Positions 8,547-18,086 of a stretch of DNA of 64,000 nt are shown here, piece after piece (the stretch's first letter is position 1; every line of letters begins with the position of its first letter). The position numbers and the translations under genes are program-made. The DNA lies in the IMG/VR virus record IMGVR_UViG_3300037245_001213, positions 7,053 to 71,052 of that record; one strand, given 5' to 3'. The notes beneath the pieces are model-generated. The model was not told where the DNA came from, made no database searches, and worked only from the letters and a program-made list of their open reading frames with translations. Source of the stretch: a virus.

Positions 8547-8758
8547 TAGTATCTGAATTCATTGGGCTGTTAAAGAGTTTGAACCCAGATGCCACGGTAC
8601 GTGTCATGGCAACGTACATCGCAGGTTACAGCACTGCGGTGAAGTATGTTGACTTTGAACCTTTGTTCCATTGCTGTTACTACGTCCATGATGGGCAGGC
8701 TATGATTGATTTAGGGGAGGAACAATTGTCACACGCTGGAGGCTTGCCCCGCAGATAG
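8543..8758 (+). CDS. hypothetical protein
   Basis: ATGA overlap with upstream stop. Confidence 0.4.
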   Translation: MIVSEFIGLLKSLNPDATVRVMATYIAGYSTAVKYVDFEPLFHCCYYVHDGQAMIDLGEEQLSHAGGLPRR

Positions 8759-8844
8759 GATTCTGCCTTGGTGAGGAACACACAGCCGCATGTGGTGCAG
8801 CAGCGCGCCCAGCCCGCACAGGCCTGGGGTGTGACAACTTATGA

Positions 8845-8927
8845 GTGTGGGTAGGGTTGGTTGATCACCGCCCTTGGTTAGGTCGTGCCACAAGTGCTCG
8901 GCTGTAGGTTCGAGTCCTACACTCACA
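8845..8927 (+). tRNA. tRNA-like gene (about 83 nt, class II-like), isotype undetermined
   Basis: Acceptor TGTGGGT/ACTCACA, T-arm GTAGGTTCGAGTCCTAC. Confidence 0.4.
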
Positions 8928-9010
8928 CCTATCGACTAGAGCCGCTGTTATAAGCGGGTGGTGTGCATCTACCGGGTCGCACCCGGGAGCCGCATCAATC
9001 TCTAGTTGAG

Positions 9011-9087
9011 CGTGATAGTGGCGGTCGACGGGCCGTCATGGTTAATGGGGGTTCCACCCCCTGCGGGTTCGAGTCCTGCAATCACGT
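9011..9087 (+). tRNA. tRNA-like gene; possible TCC (Gly) anticodon loop gUTCCAc
   Basis: Acceptor CGTGATA/AATCACG, T-arm GCGGGTTCGAGTCCTGC, GGGGG-TTCCA-CCCCC hairpin; geometry not fully canonical. Confidence 0.4.
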
Positions 9088-9095
9088 TTATTTAC

Positions 9096-9183
9096 AGCGA
9101 GGCGGGGAATCTTACGACCTCCCATGGAATGAAGTCTGGCGTCCGTAAGCCCGGACTTGTGGGTTCGAGACCCACTCTCGCTG
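9096..9183 (+). tRNA. tRNA-like gene (88 nt, class II-like long arm)
   Basis: Acceptor AGCGAGG/TCTCGCT, T-arm GTGGGTTCGAGACCCAC. Confidence 0.4.
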
Positions 9184-9184
9184 C

Positions 9185-9212
9185 TTGACTTTTCGTGTTT
9201 ACGTAGTATACT
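9185..9212 (+). promoter_or_regulatory. sigma70-like promoter TTGACT-N16-TATACT
   Basis: Starts 2 nt after the tRNA-like gene; RBS AGGAGAGAACA before ATG 9230. Confidence 0.5.
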
Positions 9213-9229
9213 GTTAATAGGAGAGAACA

Positions 9230-9604
9230 ATGAACGACAAAGTCGCAGAACATATCGTAGATAGCATGGACAAGATTCAGCAGTACATTGACTCAACTGA
9301 GGAGTTTGTTCTTGAACAAGCGCCGCTAGTGGCTCAAGAGATTGTGACGCTGGGGCAGATGCAGGGAGCCCTGACTGTCGTTTGCTTTGTCATCGCTACC
9401 CTTCTAATGTCCACTTTGTGTATGTACTGCATCTTCAAAAACAAAGACTCGGGCCCTTTATCAGATTGGGAGCTACCGATGGTCTTTTCAGGAATCGCCA
9501 CTGCCGGCGCTGCTTTAGGGGTTATGGTGTCTTTTAGTTGTGCCTTGGTGCCTTTCTTCGCTCCAAGGCTGTATCTGTTGCGAGAGGTTTCAAAACTGTT
9601 ATGA
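9230..9604 (+). CDS. membrane protein (multi-TM), paralog B
   Basis: MNDKVAEHIVDSMDKIQQYIDSTEEFVLEQAPLVAQEIV ... FFAPRLYLLREVSKL. Confidence 0.55.
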   Translation: MNDKVAEHIVDSMDKIQQYIDSTEEFVLEQAPLVAQEIVTLGQMQGALTVVCFVIATLLMSTLCMYCIFKNKDSGPLSDWELPMVFSGIATAGAALGVMVSFSCALVPFFAPRLYLLREVSKLL

Positions 9605-9825
9605 TCTACATCTTAGCCCTGGACGACTACATGGAAAACACCTTGGAGGGTTACGCGACCAACGAGAACGAGATCATTAAGATCGCCGAGAACTATGTGC
9701 GTATGTACTCTTACTTTGAAGATGGTCCGCTGTGCATCGTAATCGAAAACGACAAAGTATTGATCACTGAGCGAGATGGTTGGCGGTACGACTACACCAT
9801 TCACACAGTTGAGAGGGTGAAATGA
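9601..9825 (+). CDS. hypothetical protein
   Basis: ATGA overlap. Confidence 0.4.
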   Translation: MIYILALDDYMENTLEGYATNENEIIKIAENYVRMYSYFEDGPLCIVIENDKVLITERDGWRYDYTIHTVERVK

Positions 9826-10019
9826 GCACTGACTACACTGTCCACAAACAAGGCACTAAGGAAGTCGTCATAATTGAAAGCTCGGCGAGGTACAACCTGG
9901 ACCTGGACGAGTACGGGCCAGATGACGGTTACGTGCTGGGCCCTCAAGGTATGACAGCCGAAGAGGCGCACGCGATTCAAAGGAGACGTAATGAGCAGTA
10001 TAGTAGAGAAACTCACTAA
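9822..10019 (+). CDS. hypothetical protein
   Basis: ORF chained by overlap. Confidence 0.4.
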   Translation: MSTDYTVHKQGTKEVVIIESSARYNLDLDEYGPDDGYVLGPQGMTAEEAHAIQRRRNEQYSRETH

Positions 10020-10923
10020 ACGAGGCCTGATCGACCCACCGAACTTCGTTAAGTCCAACACCATGTATGAATGCGTAGTAGGGTCCGTAGCCTATGGCAC
10101 GTCGGATGATCTGTCGGACTTCGATGTGAATGGGTTCTGTATCCCGCCGCGCGACGTGGTCTTCCCACATCTGAAAGGTGAGATCGAGGGCTTTGGTCGT
10201 AACAAGAAGAAGTTCGGCGGGTGGCAACAGCACCATATCAAGGACGAGGATGCGCTCAACGGTCTCGGCAGAGAATATGACCTCAATATCTACAACATCG
10301 TCAAGTACATGCAACTGTGCATGGAAAACAATCCGAACATGGTGACGACGTTGTTCGTGCCCAGGGATTGTGTGTTGTGGAGCACAGCCATTTCGGAGAT
10401 GGTACGTGAAAAGCGGAACATATTCCTGCACAAGGGCGCATGGCACAAGTACAAAGGCTACGCGTACGCCCAACGTCATAAGATGCAGGGAAAAAACCCT
10501 GAGCCTGGCTCTAAGCGGGACCTCCTACGTCAGAAGTATGGGTACGACGTAAAGTTCGCTATGCACACTGTGAGGCTTCTGTATGAGGCTGAGCAGATCC
10601 TGAACGAACTCACGATAGACATACGACGCCACAAAGAACACTTGAAAGCCATCCGGCACGGTGAGGTGCCAATGGACGACGTTCTGTCCTGGTGTGATTC
10701 TAAGGAAATAGCACTGGAGCGAGCCTATGAATCGTCCTCACTAAGGCATGGGCCAGATATCAAGGGCGTGAAGACCTTGCTCCTAGATTGCCTAGAGCAC
10801 CACTATGGCTCCCTGTCGAAGGTAGTGGCGCGCCCTGACGAACTCGCAGACATACTTGAGCAAATAGCTCTACAGACAGATAGGTACAAGCAAATTCAAA
10901 ACCGTAAGGGAAGCGTACAGTAA
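9991..10923 (+). CDS. nucleotidyltransferase (Pol-beta/minimal NTase superfamily)
   Basis: GSVAYGTSDDLSDFDV = hG[GS]x9-13Dh[DE]h NTase signature; RBS AAAGGAGACGTAATG. Confidence 0.55.
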   Translation: MSSIVEKLTKRGLIDPPNFVKSNTMYECVVGSVAYGTSDDLSDFDVNGFCIPPRDVVFPHLKGEIEGFGRNKKKFGGWQQHHIKDEDALNGLGREYDLNIYNIVKYMQLCMENNPNMVTTLFVPRDCVLWSTAISEMVREKRNIFLHKGAWHKYKGYAYAQRHKMQGKNPEPGSKRDLLRQKYGYDVKFAMHTVRLLYEAEQILNELTIDIRRHKEHLKAIRHGEVPMDDVLSWCDSKEIALERAYESSSLRHGPDIKGVKTLLLDCLEHHYGSLSKVVARPDELADILEQIALQTDRYKQIQNRKGSVQ

Positions 10924-10948
10924 AGAAACGGCCGATAATCATATGTAA

Positions 10949-11043
10949 GGCCGGGCAGGTAGTATAATGGAAGTACACCCTCGGGACTGGGTTTAGCAAT
11001 GGCCCATACGAGGAAGATGCGGGTTCGAGTCCCGCCCAGCCAC
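10949..11043 (+). tRNA. tRNA-like gene (unusually long, about 95 nt)
   Basis: T-arm GCGGGTTCGAGTCCCGC, D-loop-like GGTAGTATAATGG; acceptor GGCCGGG/CCCAGCC with one mismatch. Confidence 0.35.
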
Positions 11044-11076
11044 TTTAGATGGAAGACTGTTTAAGACGCACTTTAA

Positions 11077-11313
11077 TTGGAGGGAACAATGAGCGTACTA
11101 GCATGTAACCGAACCAACTGCACACAGATTATGTGTGGCAGGTATTCCTTTATGTACGGACATATCTGCTATGAGTGTTTCGACGAGTTGGTAAGTAGAG
11201 GTCCTGCGACCAGCATATCGAAGTTCATGGCAAGTAGCAAGCCGGACCGCCGGGACAAGGAACACTCTTACCATTTCTTTGACAACGCATTCAGGAGTCT
11301 AGATGACGGATGA
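11077..11313 (+). CDS. Cys-rich small protein
   Basis: CNRTNCTQIMC...CYEC zinc-ribbon-like. Confidence 0.45.
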   Translation: MEGTMSVLACNRTNCTQIMCGRYSFMYGHICYECFDELVSRGPATSISKFMASSKPDRRDKEHSYHFFDNAFRSLDDG

Positions 11314-11458
11314 AGTATTTCAAATGCCTCTGACGCTGTTCAAGCTTGTGTTTGACGCAGTGGTAAAGGACCCAGCCTATTCTGGGAACGACCCGCACTT
11401 CGTCGCAGCCGCCGTACAGGACGCGTTCTGCGATGCTATCATCAAGGTAACACAATGA
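11303..11458 (+). CDS. small protein (51 aa) with AAAVQDAF motif
   Basis: Not in the track (<60 aa); hand translation MTDEVFQMPLTLFKLVFDAVVKDPAYSGNDPHFVAAAVQDAFCDAIIKVTQ; paralog of 7929-8141. Confidence 0.35.
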   Translation: MTDEVFQMPLTLFKLVFDAVVKDPAYSGNDPHFVAAAVQDAFCDAIIKVTQ

Positions 11459-11958
11459 CAACTCTTTACTGCGTAGGGCACGGCGACTACTCGGACTATG
11501 GTATCCAAGGCATCTTTGATGACAAAAAGAAGGCTAAGAAGTACCAGGCTTTCTATCAGTACGATCATCTCGAAGAGTATGATCTCAACCCTGAGACGCC
11601 GAGCGCCCCTCGTGGCGACTGCTATTGCTTGACGTACAAGTGGGCCGAGAACACGTCGCTAAACCGGGTAAGCAACAAGAGCAACGTTGTAGGCTGGGAG
11701 GCTTACACCAGGGTGACACAAGGCGAAACTCCACAGGATATTCGTTGTTACTTCTTTGCGCGTGACGTCAAGCATTCGTGGAAAATCGCCGGGGACAAGT
11801 TGTCCGCATTGAAGGCCGGGTCTACTCACTTTACTTCTTTTTCCCATACAAGGGCCGACCAGGGTATGCCTTACTCGTCGTGGGTTGAGAACATGCACAC
11901 CTGGAGGCTCGACGGAAAGAACGCCATCCTCCTTCACACTGTAGAGGTAGACGAATGA
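11455..11958 (+). CDS. hypothetical protein
   Basis: ATGA overlap with upstream. Confidence 0.5.
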   Translation: MTTLYCVGHGDYSDYGIQGIFDDKKKAKKYQAFYQYDHLEEYDLNPETPSAPRGDCYCLTYKWAENTSLNRVSNKSNVVGWEAYTRVTQGETPQDIRCYFFARDVKHSWKIAGDKLSALKAGSTHFTSFSHTRADQGMPYSSWVENMHTWRLDGKNAILLHTVEVDE

Positions 11959-12179
11959 AAGACGGAAGAATGATCGATGCCATGTATGAATTGAGAATGG
12001 CTGTCGAGAGCCGCGACGCATCGTGTATCGCCCACCGGGCGTCTGAGATTACTCGCCTGGCTTCAGAGATGACCAGCGAGGCATTGGACCTGGTTTCCTA
12101 TGCGAAGTGCCGTCAGCCTGACCGCACATACCGAAGATGCCAACAGGGATGGGAGAGGGTTCCTGGTTGCGGTCTATGA
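11955..12179 (+). CDS. small protein with ITRLASEMTSEALD..AKC motif
   Basis: Paralog of minus-strand ORF 15114-15311. Confidence 0.45.
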   Translation: MKDGRMIDAMYELRMAVESRDASCIAHRASEITRLASEMTSEALDLVSYAKCRQPDRTYRRCQQGWERVPGCGL

Positions 12180-12208
12180 ATGACATGAAAGGGCGTCTAG
12201 TGATGATT

Positions 12209-12793
12209 CTATATCACGTCACTGTGTGCGCCTCTCTCACGCAATCCATGGCCAGGGCGGCCATCTAAGAACCCAAGAACTTCTTCTGTTGCAAATGGGC
12301 GATAATCGCCTAGCCTTCTCTTCGCAGCATCCACACCAACGTCCATGGAACGGCGAGCAGGGAAAGCCAAGTCCATGGCGGCCTCGTGCTCAAGGTTGTC
12401 ATGGATGTGTCCAAAGCAGTGAAACGCCCCATAATGTGATTGTGGCCAATAGGCTGTAGGGTAATGAAAAGCCCACAGCAACTTCCCTCCCGTCTTCACC
12501 ATATAGTGGTCCCACACCCTTCCAAAGACTGCTTCAGTCTGGGCTCTTTTATCATGGTTCCCCATGCAAAAGAAGATGTGCCTACACTTAATCTTTGGTC
12601 GGTAGTGTCCGGGCTTGCGCAGGCAGAAATCCCCGGCAATAACCAGATGGTCATGTCGTCCAACGGTGCTGTTGATACCGTCAAGGATGGTTTCGTCGTG
12701 TTCTTCGACAGTGGAGAACTCTTTACGAGTCTGCTCCACTAGATTAACGCATCCGAAATGAGTGTCAGCCGTAAAGTACCAGTCAGGTTTCAT
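12209..12793 (-). CDS. calcineurin-like metallophosphoesterase
   Basis: Motifs VIAGDFC, GNHD, GHIHD. Confidence 0.7.
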   Translation of the reverse strand: MKPDWYFTADTHFGCVNLVEQTRKEFSTVEEHDETILDGINSTVGRHDHLVIAGDFCLRKPGHYRPKIKCRHIFFCMGNHDKRAQTEAVFGRVWDHYMVKTGGKLLWAFHYPTAYWPQSHYGAFHCFGHIHDNLEHEAAMDLAFPARRSMDVGVDAAKRRLGDYRPFATEEVLGFLDGRPGHGLRERGAHSDVI

Positions 12794-12915
12794 GTCAACT
12801 CGTTCAAGTTAGCGAAGTCTTTGTGTAATATCAAGGCAGCTTCATTGTATGCTGCCGCGTCCACCACAAACTCAGTGGCGTGCCGGACAATACGTTCCAT
12901 CCATTTGGATTTCAT
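12790..12915 (-). CDS. small protein (MKSKWMERIVRHATEFVV)
   Basis: Internal start of track ORF 12790-12999; paralog of 14070-14333. Confidence 0.35.
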   Translation of the reverse strand: MKSKWMERIVRHATEFVVDAAAYNEAALILHKDFANLNELT

Positions 12916-12919
12916 CGTT

Positions 12920-13324
12920 TCACACATCCTCAAATACGGGCGTGTAGCCATAGTTCTCGGCCAGGTCGTAGGCGGCCTGGAGTTTAGCGTCGGTGACAAG
13001 AGAAGCCCTTCCCTCGAAGTGCATAGTATCAGCGCTAGGAATTGAGCCCACTCGCATACACCCTGCTTCCAGGAGTAGATTGCGGATCTCCACTGAAATG
13101 TCCATCTCAGCCAACGCGTAGTTATGCCAACAAGGGTGCTCGTCGTCTTCTCCAGCCTGGCAACAGATGGTGTCGATATCTTCCAGACGTACCTTGTAGT
13201 CTTCCAGGTAAGGCACGAAGCGGCCTAGTTCAGGTACAGTGGACACCGTCGTGATATGGTCAAACATACCACACTCGAAGAACTTGCCTTCCGGTGTCAT
13301 CCAACCTGTTACATATTTGTTCAT
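12920..13324 (-). CDS. hypothetical protein
   Basis: 134-aa ORF. Confidence 0.5.
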   Translation of the reverse strand: MNKYVTGWMTPEGKFFECGMFDHITTVSTVPELGRFVPYLEDYKVRLEDIDTICCQAGEDDEHPCWHNYALAEMDISVEIRNLLLEAGCMRVGSIPSADTMHFEGRASLVTDAKLQAAYDLAENYGYTPVFEDV

Positions 13325-13548
13325 AGTTCACCTAGTAAAAGTGTGCGATCGTTTTCGTAGGGTTTCCCCTTTGCGAAACGGTTGTCTCGCATGTCAGCGT
13401 AGTCGGCGTGTTCAGCGGGGTCAAAGTCTACATTACGTATGTCTGGGCCATTACCGTAACCATAGCATGGGTGTGTGACGGTCAGGACCTCGACTGTGGC
13501 GCCCTGGTCTTGAGTTTTCAACCATTCGATGAAATCAGATACAATCAC
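13321..13548 (-). CDS. hypothetical protein
   Basis: 75-aa ORF. Confidence 0.45.
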   Translation of the reverse strand: MIVSDFIEWLKTQDQGATVEVLTVTHPCYGYGNGPDIRNVDFDPAEHADYADMRDNRFAKGKPYENDRTLLLGEL

Positions 13549-13567
13549 AGTACACTCCTATAAAGTG

Positions 13568-13663
13568 GACGGGCGGGAGTTGAACCCGCATCTCAGCCTG
13601 AGCACCCAACTAGTTTTCAAGGTGCATAATCGGCCTATTGCGCTCTACCATTAAGCTACCGCC
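13568..13663 (-). tRNA. tRNA-like gene with about 30-nt insertion between D- and T-arms
   Basis: Minus-strand D-arm TAGCTTAATGGTAGAGC and T-arm GCGGGTTCAACTCCCGC; acceptor AGGGCGG/CCGTCCA with A1-A72 mismatch. Confidence 0.4.
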
Positions 13664-13677
13664 CTGTAGGTCGTCAC

Positions 13678-13863
13678 CTAACAGTAGTGGTCAATGGTGA
13701 CGAAGTTGAGATAGAAGGGCAGGTGATCTGCCTTCACGATACAATCGTTAAAGTAGCCTGTGGTCTCGTCAGGGATCATCACAGTGATCTCAGTCCCATC
13801 AGGGCGCCGCAGCGTCACTGAGTAATCTTGCCCAGACTTGTGGCTTGATACTAATTCAATCAT
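13678..13863 (-). CDS. hypothetical small protein
   Basis: Track ORF begins at GTG; internal ATG has RBS AAAGGAAAG (MIELVSSHK...). Confidence 0.4.
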   Translation of the reverse strand: MIELVSSHKSGQDYSVTLRRPDGTEITVMIPDETTGYFNDCIVKADHLPFYLNFVTIDHYC

Positions 13864-14069
13864 TTCTTTCCTTTCAGGTAAAATATCATTCCGCCCCAGT
13901 GAGGTTTCCCGCCTCCGGCATCGCAAACAGGGTACACTTCCCACGAATAAGAATCGGTTCGATAATCTGCGGATTGAATGTCAGTCAACTCCGATTGCTT
14001 TGCTACCGCCACTGATCCACACTTGTTGCATTTGCCCTCCCATTCTCGTTCGGATGGCAGGGTGCCCGC

Positions 14070-14333
14070 TTAGTCACGCGCATTATTTACCTTCCTTCGT
14101 AGCCGTTTGATCTCTTGCAACATGGCCACGGCCAGGTCGACAGACACATTTCGATTGTTGTAAGGTAGCCGTAAGCGATAACGCTCCAGCATCGTTTCAT
14201 ACTGCATTATTTCTGTGTCGTCGCTCACCACATACTCAGTGGCGTGACGCACGATACGCTCCATCCACTTAGGCTTCATGGGGAGTTCCTTTGGGCGTGC
14301 TCGGACTTCGTTTACCCATTCACTGCAATTCAT
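14070..14333 (-). CDS. small protein (KWMERIVRHATEYVV family)
   Basis: Paralog of 12790-12915. Confidence 0.45.
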   Translation of the reverse strand: MNCSEWVNEVRARPKELPMKPKWMERIVRHATEYVVSDDTEIMQYETMLERYRLRLPYNNRNVSVDLAVAMLQEIKRLRRKVNNARD

Positions 14334-14529
14334 CGGCTAACTCCGATGTGAATTTCTTAATGTTAGTTATCGGGAAATAAGTAAACTTGCCTTCAGGGTG
14401 CTCTACACGTAGGCAGCCTTCTTCGATCCTAGGTCGAGAGAGGACATTCTTGAAAATGACGCAGGGATGGACAGTGTCCAAACGTGATGGCAACAGGTAA
14501 ATGTTAAGATTAATCATCGTCTCTCCCAC
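14320..14529 (-). CDS. hypothetical protein
   Basis: ORF. Confidence 0.45.
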   Translation of the reverse strand: MGETMINLNIYLLPSRLDTVHPCVIFKNVLSRPRIEEGCLRVEHPEGKFTYFPITNIKKFTSELADELQ

Positions 14530-14816
14530 ATAATGTAACCATTCATTAACTTGTCAGCGAACGACGCTGACACACCTCGCAACCAGAGTTCAATGAACAA
14601 GGCGGCCGTTCTACGGGCCAAGCCTTCCTCTCCGAGACTGAGCCCGATGCTCATTGTACCATGTTCCCACACGAGAGACCAGGTATCATACTGGTCTTCA
14701 TGCACTACCCGAGCCTCATGCGCCTTTAGCACGGCCTCGTAGTCCCAGGCGTCAGGGTTTCCGTCCACCCAGTCGTCTAGGCTGTGCATTAGGCAACCGC
14801 ATTCTTTGCAATTCAT
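14514..14816 (-). CDS. hypothetical protein (N-terminal CKECGC)
   Basis: ORF. Confidence 0.45.
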   Translation of the reverse strand: MNCKECGCLMHSLDDWVDGNPDAWDYEAVLKAHEARVVHEDQYDTWSLVWEHGTMSIGLSLGEEGLARRTAALFIELWLRGVSASFADKLMNGYIMWERR

Positions 14817-15113
14817 AGCCGGTCCTCTAACGTGTCATAGATGTACTCTACGTCCCACATATCACCATCCAGCCCGTGCGTGGTCTCTATATACCACCGG
14901 GCCACAGGCTTCCCTTCCCAGATCAATTCTACTGAGCACCTCATATGCCCGATGACATTCATATCATGTCCTTTTCAGCTATCTCGAAAGATATTACCGT
15001 ATTCCCTTTCGTACCCTTCTGCACCTCGACATGGTACAAGTTGATCAGCGTCCCGTCTTCGCGGTCCCGACCAGTCATAGCCGCCATTAGTCCATCTTCC
15101 GTGATAGTCACAA

Positions 15114-15311
15114 TTACGTGCATACATCACCCCCAGGTTGTCGTCGCGACTTGCACTTACCATCGATGATCATATCTAAGGCCTCTCCGGTAATCTCTGC
15201 TGCGATGCGCGTCACTGCGCCAACAAGGTAAGCAATCTGTATAGCATCTTTCTGTTCCTTTGCCTTGTATAATGCTAAGACGACCGTTATCATTTCCTCT
15301 AACTTAATCAT
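15114..15311 (-). CDS. small protein with VTRIAAEITGEALD..GKC motif
   Basis: Paralog of plus-strand 11955-12179. Confidence 0.45.
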   Translation of the reverse strand: MIKLEEMITVVLALYKAKEQKDAIQIAYLVGAVTRIAAEITGEALDMIIDGKCKSRRQPGGDVCT

Positions 15312-15326
15312 ACCACCTCCCCCACT

Positions 15327-15554
15327 TCATTCGATCACGTTCCCTTCCTGCTTCTTAAACTTGCCACGCTGTCCACGCATATGTCTAGGGTGCATCAAGC
15401 TGAGACGAGAATGGAAGGGTGGCGCAAAGACTACCTTCTTTCCCTTGGCGCCACACAACGGACAGCAATGCAACTCGGCCGCATACTCTTTGTACGTGAG
15501 CATCTTCTCATATCGCTCGTCACACTCAGCACAATTATACACATAGTTTGGCAT
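15327..15554 (-). CDS. zinc-ribbon small protein
   Basis: CAEC...CPLC. Confidence 0.45.
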   Translation of the reverse strand: MPNYVYNCAECDERYEKMLTYKEYAAELHCCPLCGAKGKKVVFAPPFHSRLSLMHPRHMRGQRGKFKKQEGNVIE

Positions 15555-15726
15555 GATAATCTCCTAGGATTCTTCTCGGGCACAGGTGATGAAGTTGAGC
15601 GGGTACCAGTTCATTACCTTACCATTTAGTGAACTGACCGTAACATAGTGCGCACTTAACTCCCATCTGTTTTCATCGCTCTTCACTATTCGGATTGACC
15701 TATCACGGAACTCAATAGTAAGGGTC

Positions 15727-15981
15727 CTAATCGTCCTCTTCATCTTCGCATTCCTCGTTAAGATTAATCTTGTTGAACTGAATCTTGTTCATGGCATTGG
15801 AGAACTTACACAGATCCTCCATATCGGCGTCGTACAGCACAGTGCTGAGTCGATCCGACAACCACACCATCCAACAGGTAGGACACTTGTTTCGGGGCAC
15901 TGTGCTCCGGGTCTTGAATGTACGTCCACGATCGTGCGTCGAGCAACCGATTAAGGCCCCGTGCATAATTCTAGCATCCAT
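15727..15981 (-). CDS. hypothetical protein
   Basis: ORF (CPTCW). Confidence 0.4.
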   Translation of the reverse strand: MDARIMHGALIGCSTHDRGRTFKTRSTVPRNKCPTCWMVWLSDRLSTVLYDADMEDLCKFSNAMNKIQFNKINLNEECEDEEDD

Positions 15982-16201
15982 CGTCTTCCACCAGTTTGAA
16001 GGAAATTACCCGAAGTTCAAGTACGGCCTTATCGTTCCACCGCTTTCCTCGCGACGCCTTACACTTTGCTCCAATGGGCCCACGCATCGAAGGCCATATC
16101 GACCCCTTCTCAAAGTCCACCCATTTCGGAACTGTGCCAGGTCCGCGAAGATAATACTTACCCTTCCCATCACTCAGCATGTAAACTGTACTAGATGCCA
16201 T
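15971..16201 (-). CDS. hypothetical protein
   Basis: ORF. Confidence 0.4.
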   Translation of the reverse strand: MASSTVYMLSDGKGKYYLRGPGTVPKWVDFEKGSIWPSMRGPIGAKCKASRGKRWNDKAVLELRVISFKLVEDDGC

Positions 16202-16403
16202 CTATCACCGCAAGCCTTTCTGGGTGTGTCAGAACCACGGTCCTACCATTATCCTTAACCCCGTGGATCTCGTTTGATGTGATTACCGTCACGATAGCCT
16301 TCTCTAACGATAAGGTAGAGCGTCTTCGCACAGGGTATACCACAGTCTTCCCTACTTTAATGATCTTGTTCAGGGAGCACCTAGGAGCATAAATCTTAGT
16401 CAT
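16191..16403 (-). CDS. hypothetical protein
   Basis: Internal start (MTKIYAPR) overlapping the MTase stop. Confidence 0.4.
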   Translation of the reverse strand: MTKIYAPRCSLNKIIKVGKTVVYPVRRRSTLSLEKAIVTVITSNEIHGVKDNGRTVVLTHPERLAVIDGI

Positions 16404-17127
16404 CGAACCACTCCAGTTTATGTTCCTTTGCGATCCGATCACAGTAATCAGAATCCACATCCACAAGAATAGTATTTACGTCACACTGGTCGGCCACCCG
16501 AGCCAGAGTTCCGCTGCCTGCGAACAGGTCGCACACAGTATCACCAGGCTCACAGCAGGACTTGATACAGCGGGTGTACAGGTCCTCGTTCAGTTGCGTA
16601 GGCATCCAAGCGCGACGCTGCTTGCTGTTACCCGTCACACGAGGAATATCGAACACGTCGCCCGGCACCTTGCCTCGCTTGTCTGCTCTCTTGTCGCCAT
16701 TCAACTGTCGCCACGAAGCCACCCGAATGTCATCAGTGAACACCGGGGTTCCCTTCCGCATTACTCTGGCCAGTGGCCGGTGGGCGTTGCCGAAATCACG
16801 GTGATTATGCTGGTAGAAAGTGAAGGTCTGTACGCAAGGCTTCGCTTCCCAATCATCATGGGTGGTAAGGAAGTTGTCGAGGATGGAACCTACCATGTAA
16901 GTATACTTGGCATTGTAAGACAGCCACATAACCTTACATTTATCAGATGCCTCCTGAATCAAATCCTTAATGAACACCCTATAGTCTTTGCTAGACATAT
17001 TGTCTTTGTACGAATTGTACTTCAGTCCGATAGCATCGGGAGGGTCCATGAAAATACATTGCACAGGTTTCATTTGACTGAGTACCTCGAAGCAACTCAA
17101 ATTTAACAGTGTCATGCGTCTAGTCAT
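16396..17127 (-). CDS. DNA methyltransferase, beta-class (N6A/N4C type)
   Basis: N-terminal FMDPPD (DPPY-like motif IV) followed by C-terminal FAGSGT (motif I), the beta-class order. Confidence 0.55.
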   Translation of the reverse strand: MTRRMTLLNLSCFEVLSQMKPVQCIFMDPPDAIGLKYNSYKDNMSSKDYRVFIKDLIQEASDKCKVMWLSYNAKYTYMVGSILDNFLTTHDDWEAKPCVQTFTFYQHNHRDFGNAHRPLARVMRKGTPVFTDDIRVASWRQLNGDKRADKRGKVPGDVFDIPRVTGNSKQRRAWMPTQLNEDLYTRCIKSCCEPGDTVCDLFAGSGTLARVADQCDVNTILVDVDSDYCDRIAKEHKLEWFDD

Positions 17128-17377
17128 TTGCTGCCATTGCCTCCACCCATGCTACTGTTTCCATGTCTCCGATGATGTGGTTCAGAGTCCCGTTCAACTT
17201 GAACAGTATCGAGTGTGTCCAAGTCACTTGTTCTGGGATATCCTGCCGACACAGTTCGGATTCGTGCATTGGCCCGTCCTCAACTACCTGGTAACGATGA
17301 ACCATTTTCAATGTGTCCCCAGGTTGCAAGGTCAAGGGACAATTAAACTCAGAGATGGCTACTATTTCGACAAACAT
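17120..17377 (-). CDS. hypothetical protein
   Basis: ORF. Confidence 0.45.
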   Translation of the reverse strand: MFVEIVAISEFNCPLTLQPGDTLKMVHRYQVVEDGPMHESELCRQDIPEQVTWTHSILFKLNGTLNHIIGDMETVAWVEAMAAND

Positions 17378-17631
17378 ACTTTCTCCAATTTCGCCTCTTG
17401 AGGGACACGCTTCAGGTTGAAGCGTTCTTTCAACAAAGCACGCGCTTCACTACGCGTGAATGATTCCAGCGTCCCCGACTCCCCGAACAACTCCCATACC
17501 CACTGCGAAGGCTTCTTACGTTCCTTCGGGTGAAGTTTACGCTCCACGTACTTACGGTACCTGGCCAAACGTTTGGCGTTCCGCTCTGGAGCCATCTTTA
17601 CATCTTGTCGGGTGTTGATTACCTGCCTCAT
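17362..17631 (-). CDS. basic small protein
   Basis: Lys/Arg-rich ORF. Confidence 0.45.
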   Translation of the reverse strand: MRQVINTRQDVKMAPERNAKRLARYRKYVERKLHPKERKKPSQWVWELFGESGTLESFTRSEARALLKERFNLKRVPQEAKLEKVCLSK

Positions 17632-18086
17632 ATTTTCCTCTCAAATCTAAAGCCATCGATCTTGTCACCATACATGTAGTAGATGTCCCGAAGGACCTTG
17701 GTAGCCCTGAATCCTTTCCACTTCAACCACAGACTGACGTCGTCAGGATCTCCGGGCAGGCAGTGGATCTCAGGTATCGTTATCGACAAGGTGGTTACAT
17801 GCAAATCCTGTGCCAAACCGACCATCTTGTCCACTAAGGCCGTTCCGACGCCGTGGTGGCGGAAGTTTGGCCTGACACACAGTCGCATGATCAGCAGGGT
17901 ATCAGCCTGCTCGGCCAGAGCGAACCCGACCATCACCTTCCCAATTGTAGCTCCGTAGTTCGCACAGTGCCCATCCACAACAGCGTAAACCCACGCGTCA
18001 TCCTCTAGCGGGTAGAAGTTCGACCTGGTGTCAATATCCTTCAAGACGTTCAGATCCTTCACCGATACCTCATGTATCTTAATCAC
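17628..18086 (-). CDS. GNAT-family N-acetyltransferase
   Basis: Acetyl-CoA motif RHHGVGTALVDKMVGLAQ. Confidence 0.65.
   Translation of the reverse strand: MIKIHEVSVKDLNVLKDIDTRSNFYPLEDDAWVYAVVDGHCANYGATIGKVMVGFALAEQADTLLIMRLCVRPNFRHHGVGTALVDKMVGLAQDLHVTTLSITIPEIHCLPGDPDDVSLWLKWKGFRATKVLRDIYYMYGDKIDGFRFERKI

Noticed and set aside
12180-12217. Bidirectional terminator at the plus/minus convergence
   Set aside because: Only a 5-bp GTGAT/ATCAC inverted repeat in a 30-bp gap; too weak to call
13838-14110. Plus-strand 90-aa ORF in the 13864-14069 gap
   Set aside because: Opposite to the surrounding minus-strand operon, low-complexity translation, no RBS; the region is more likely a regulatory gap
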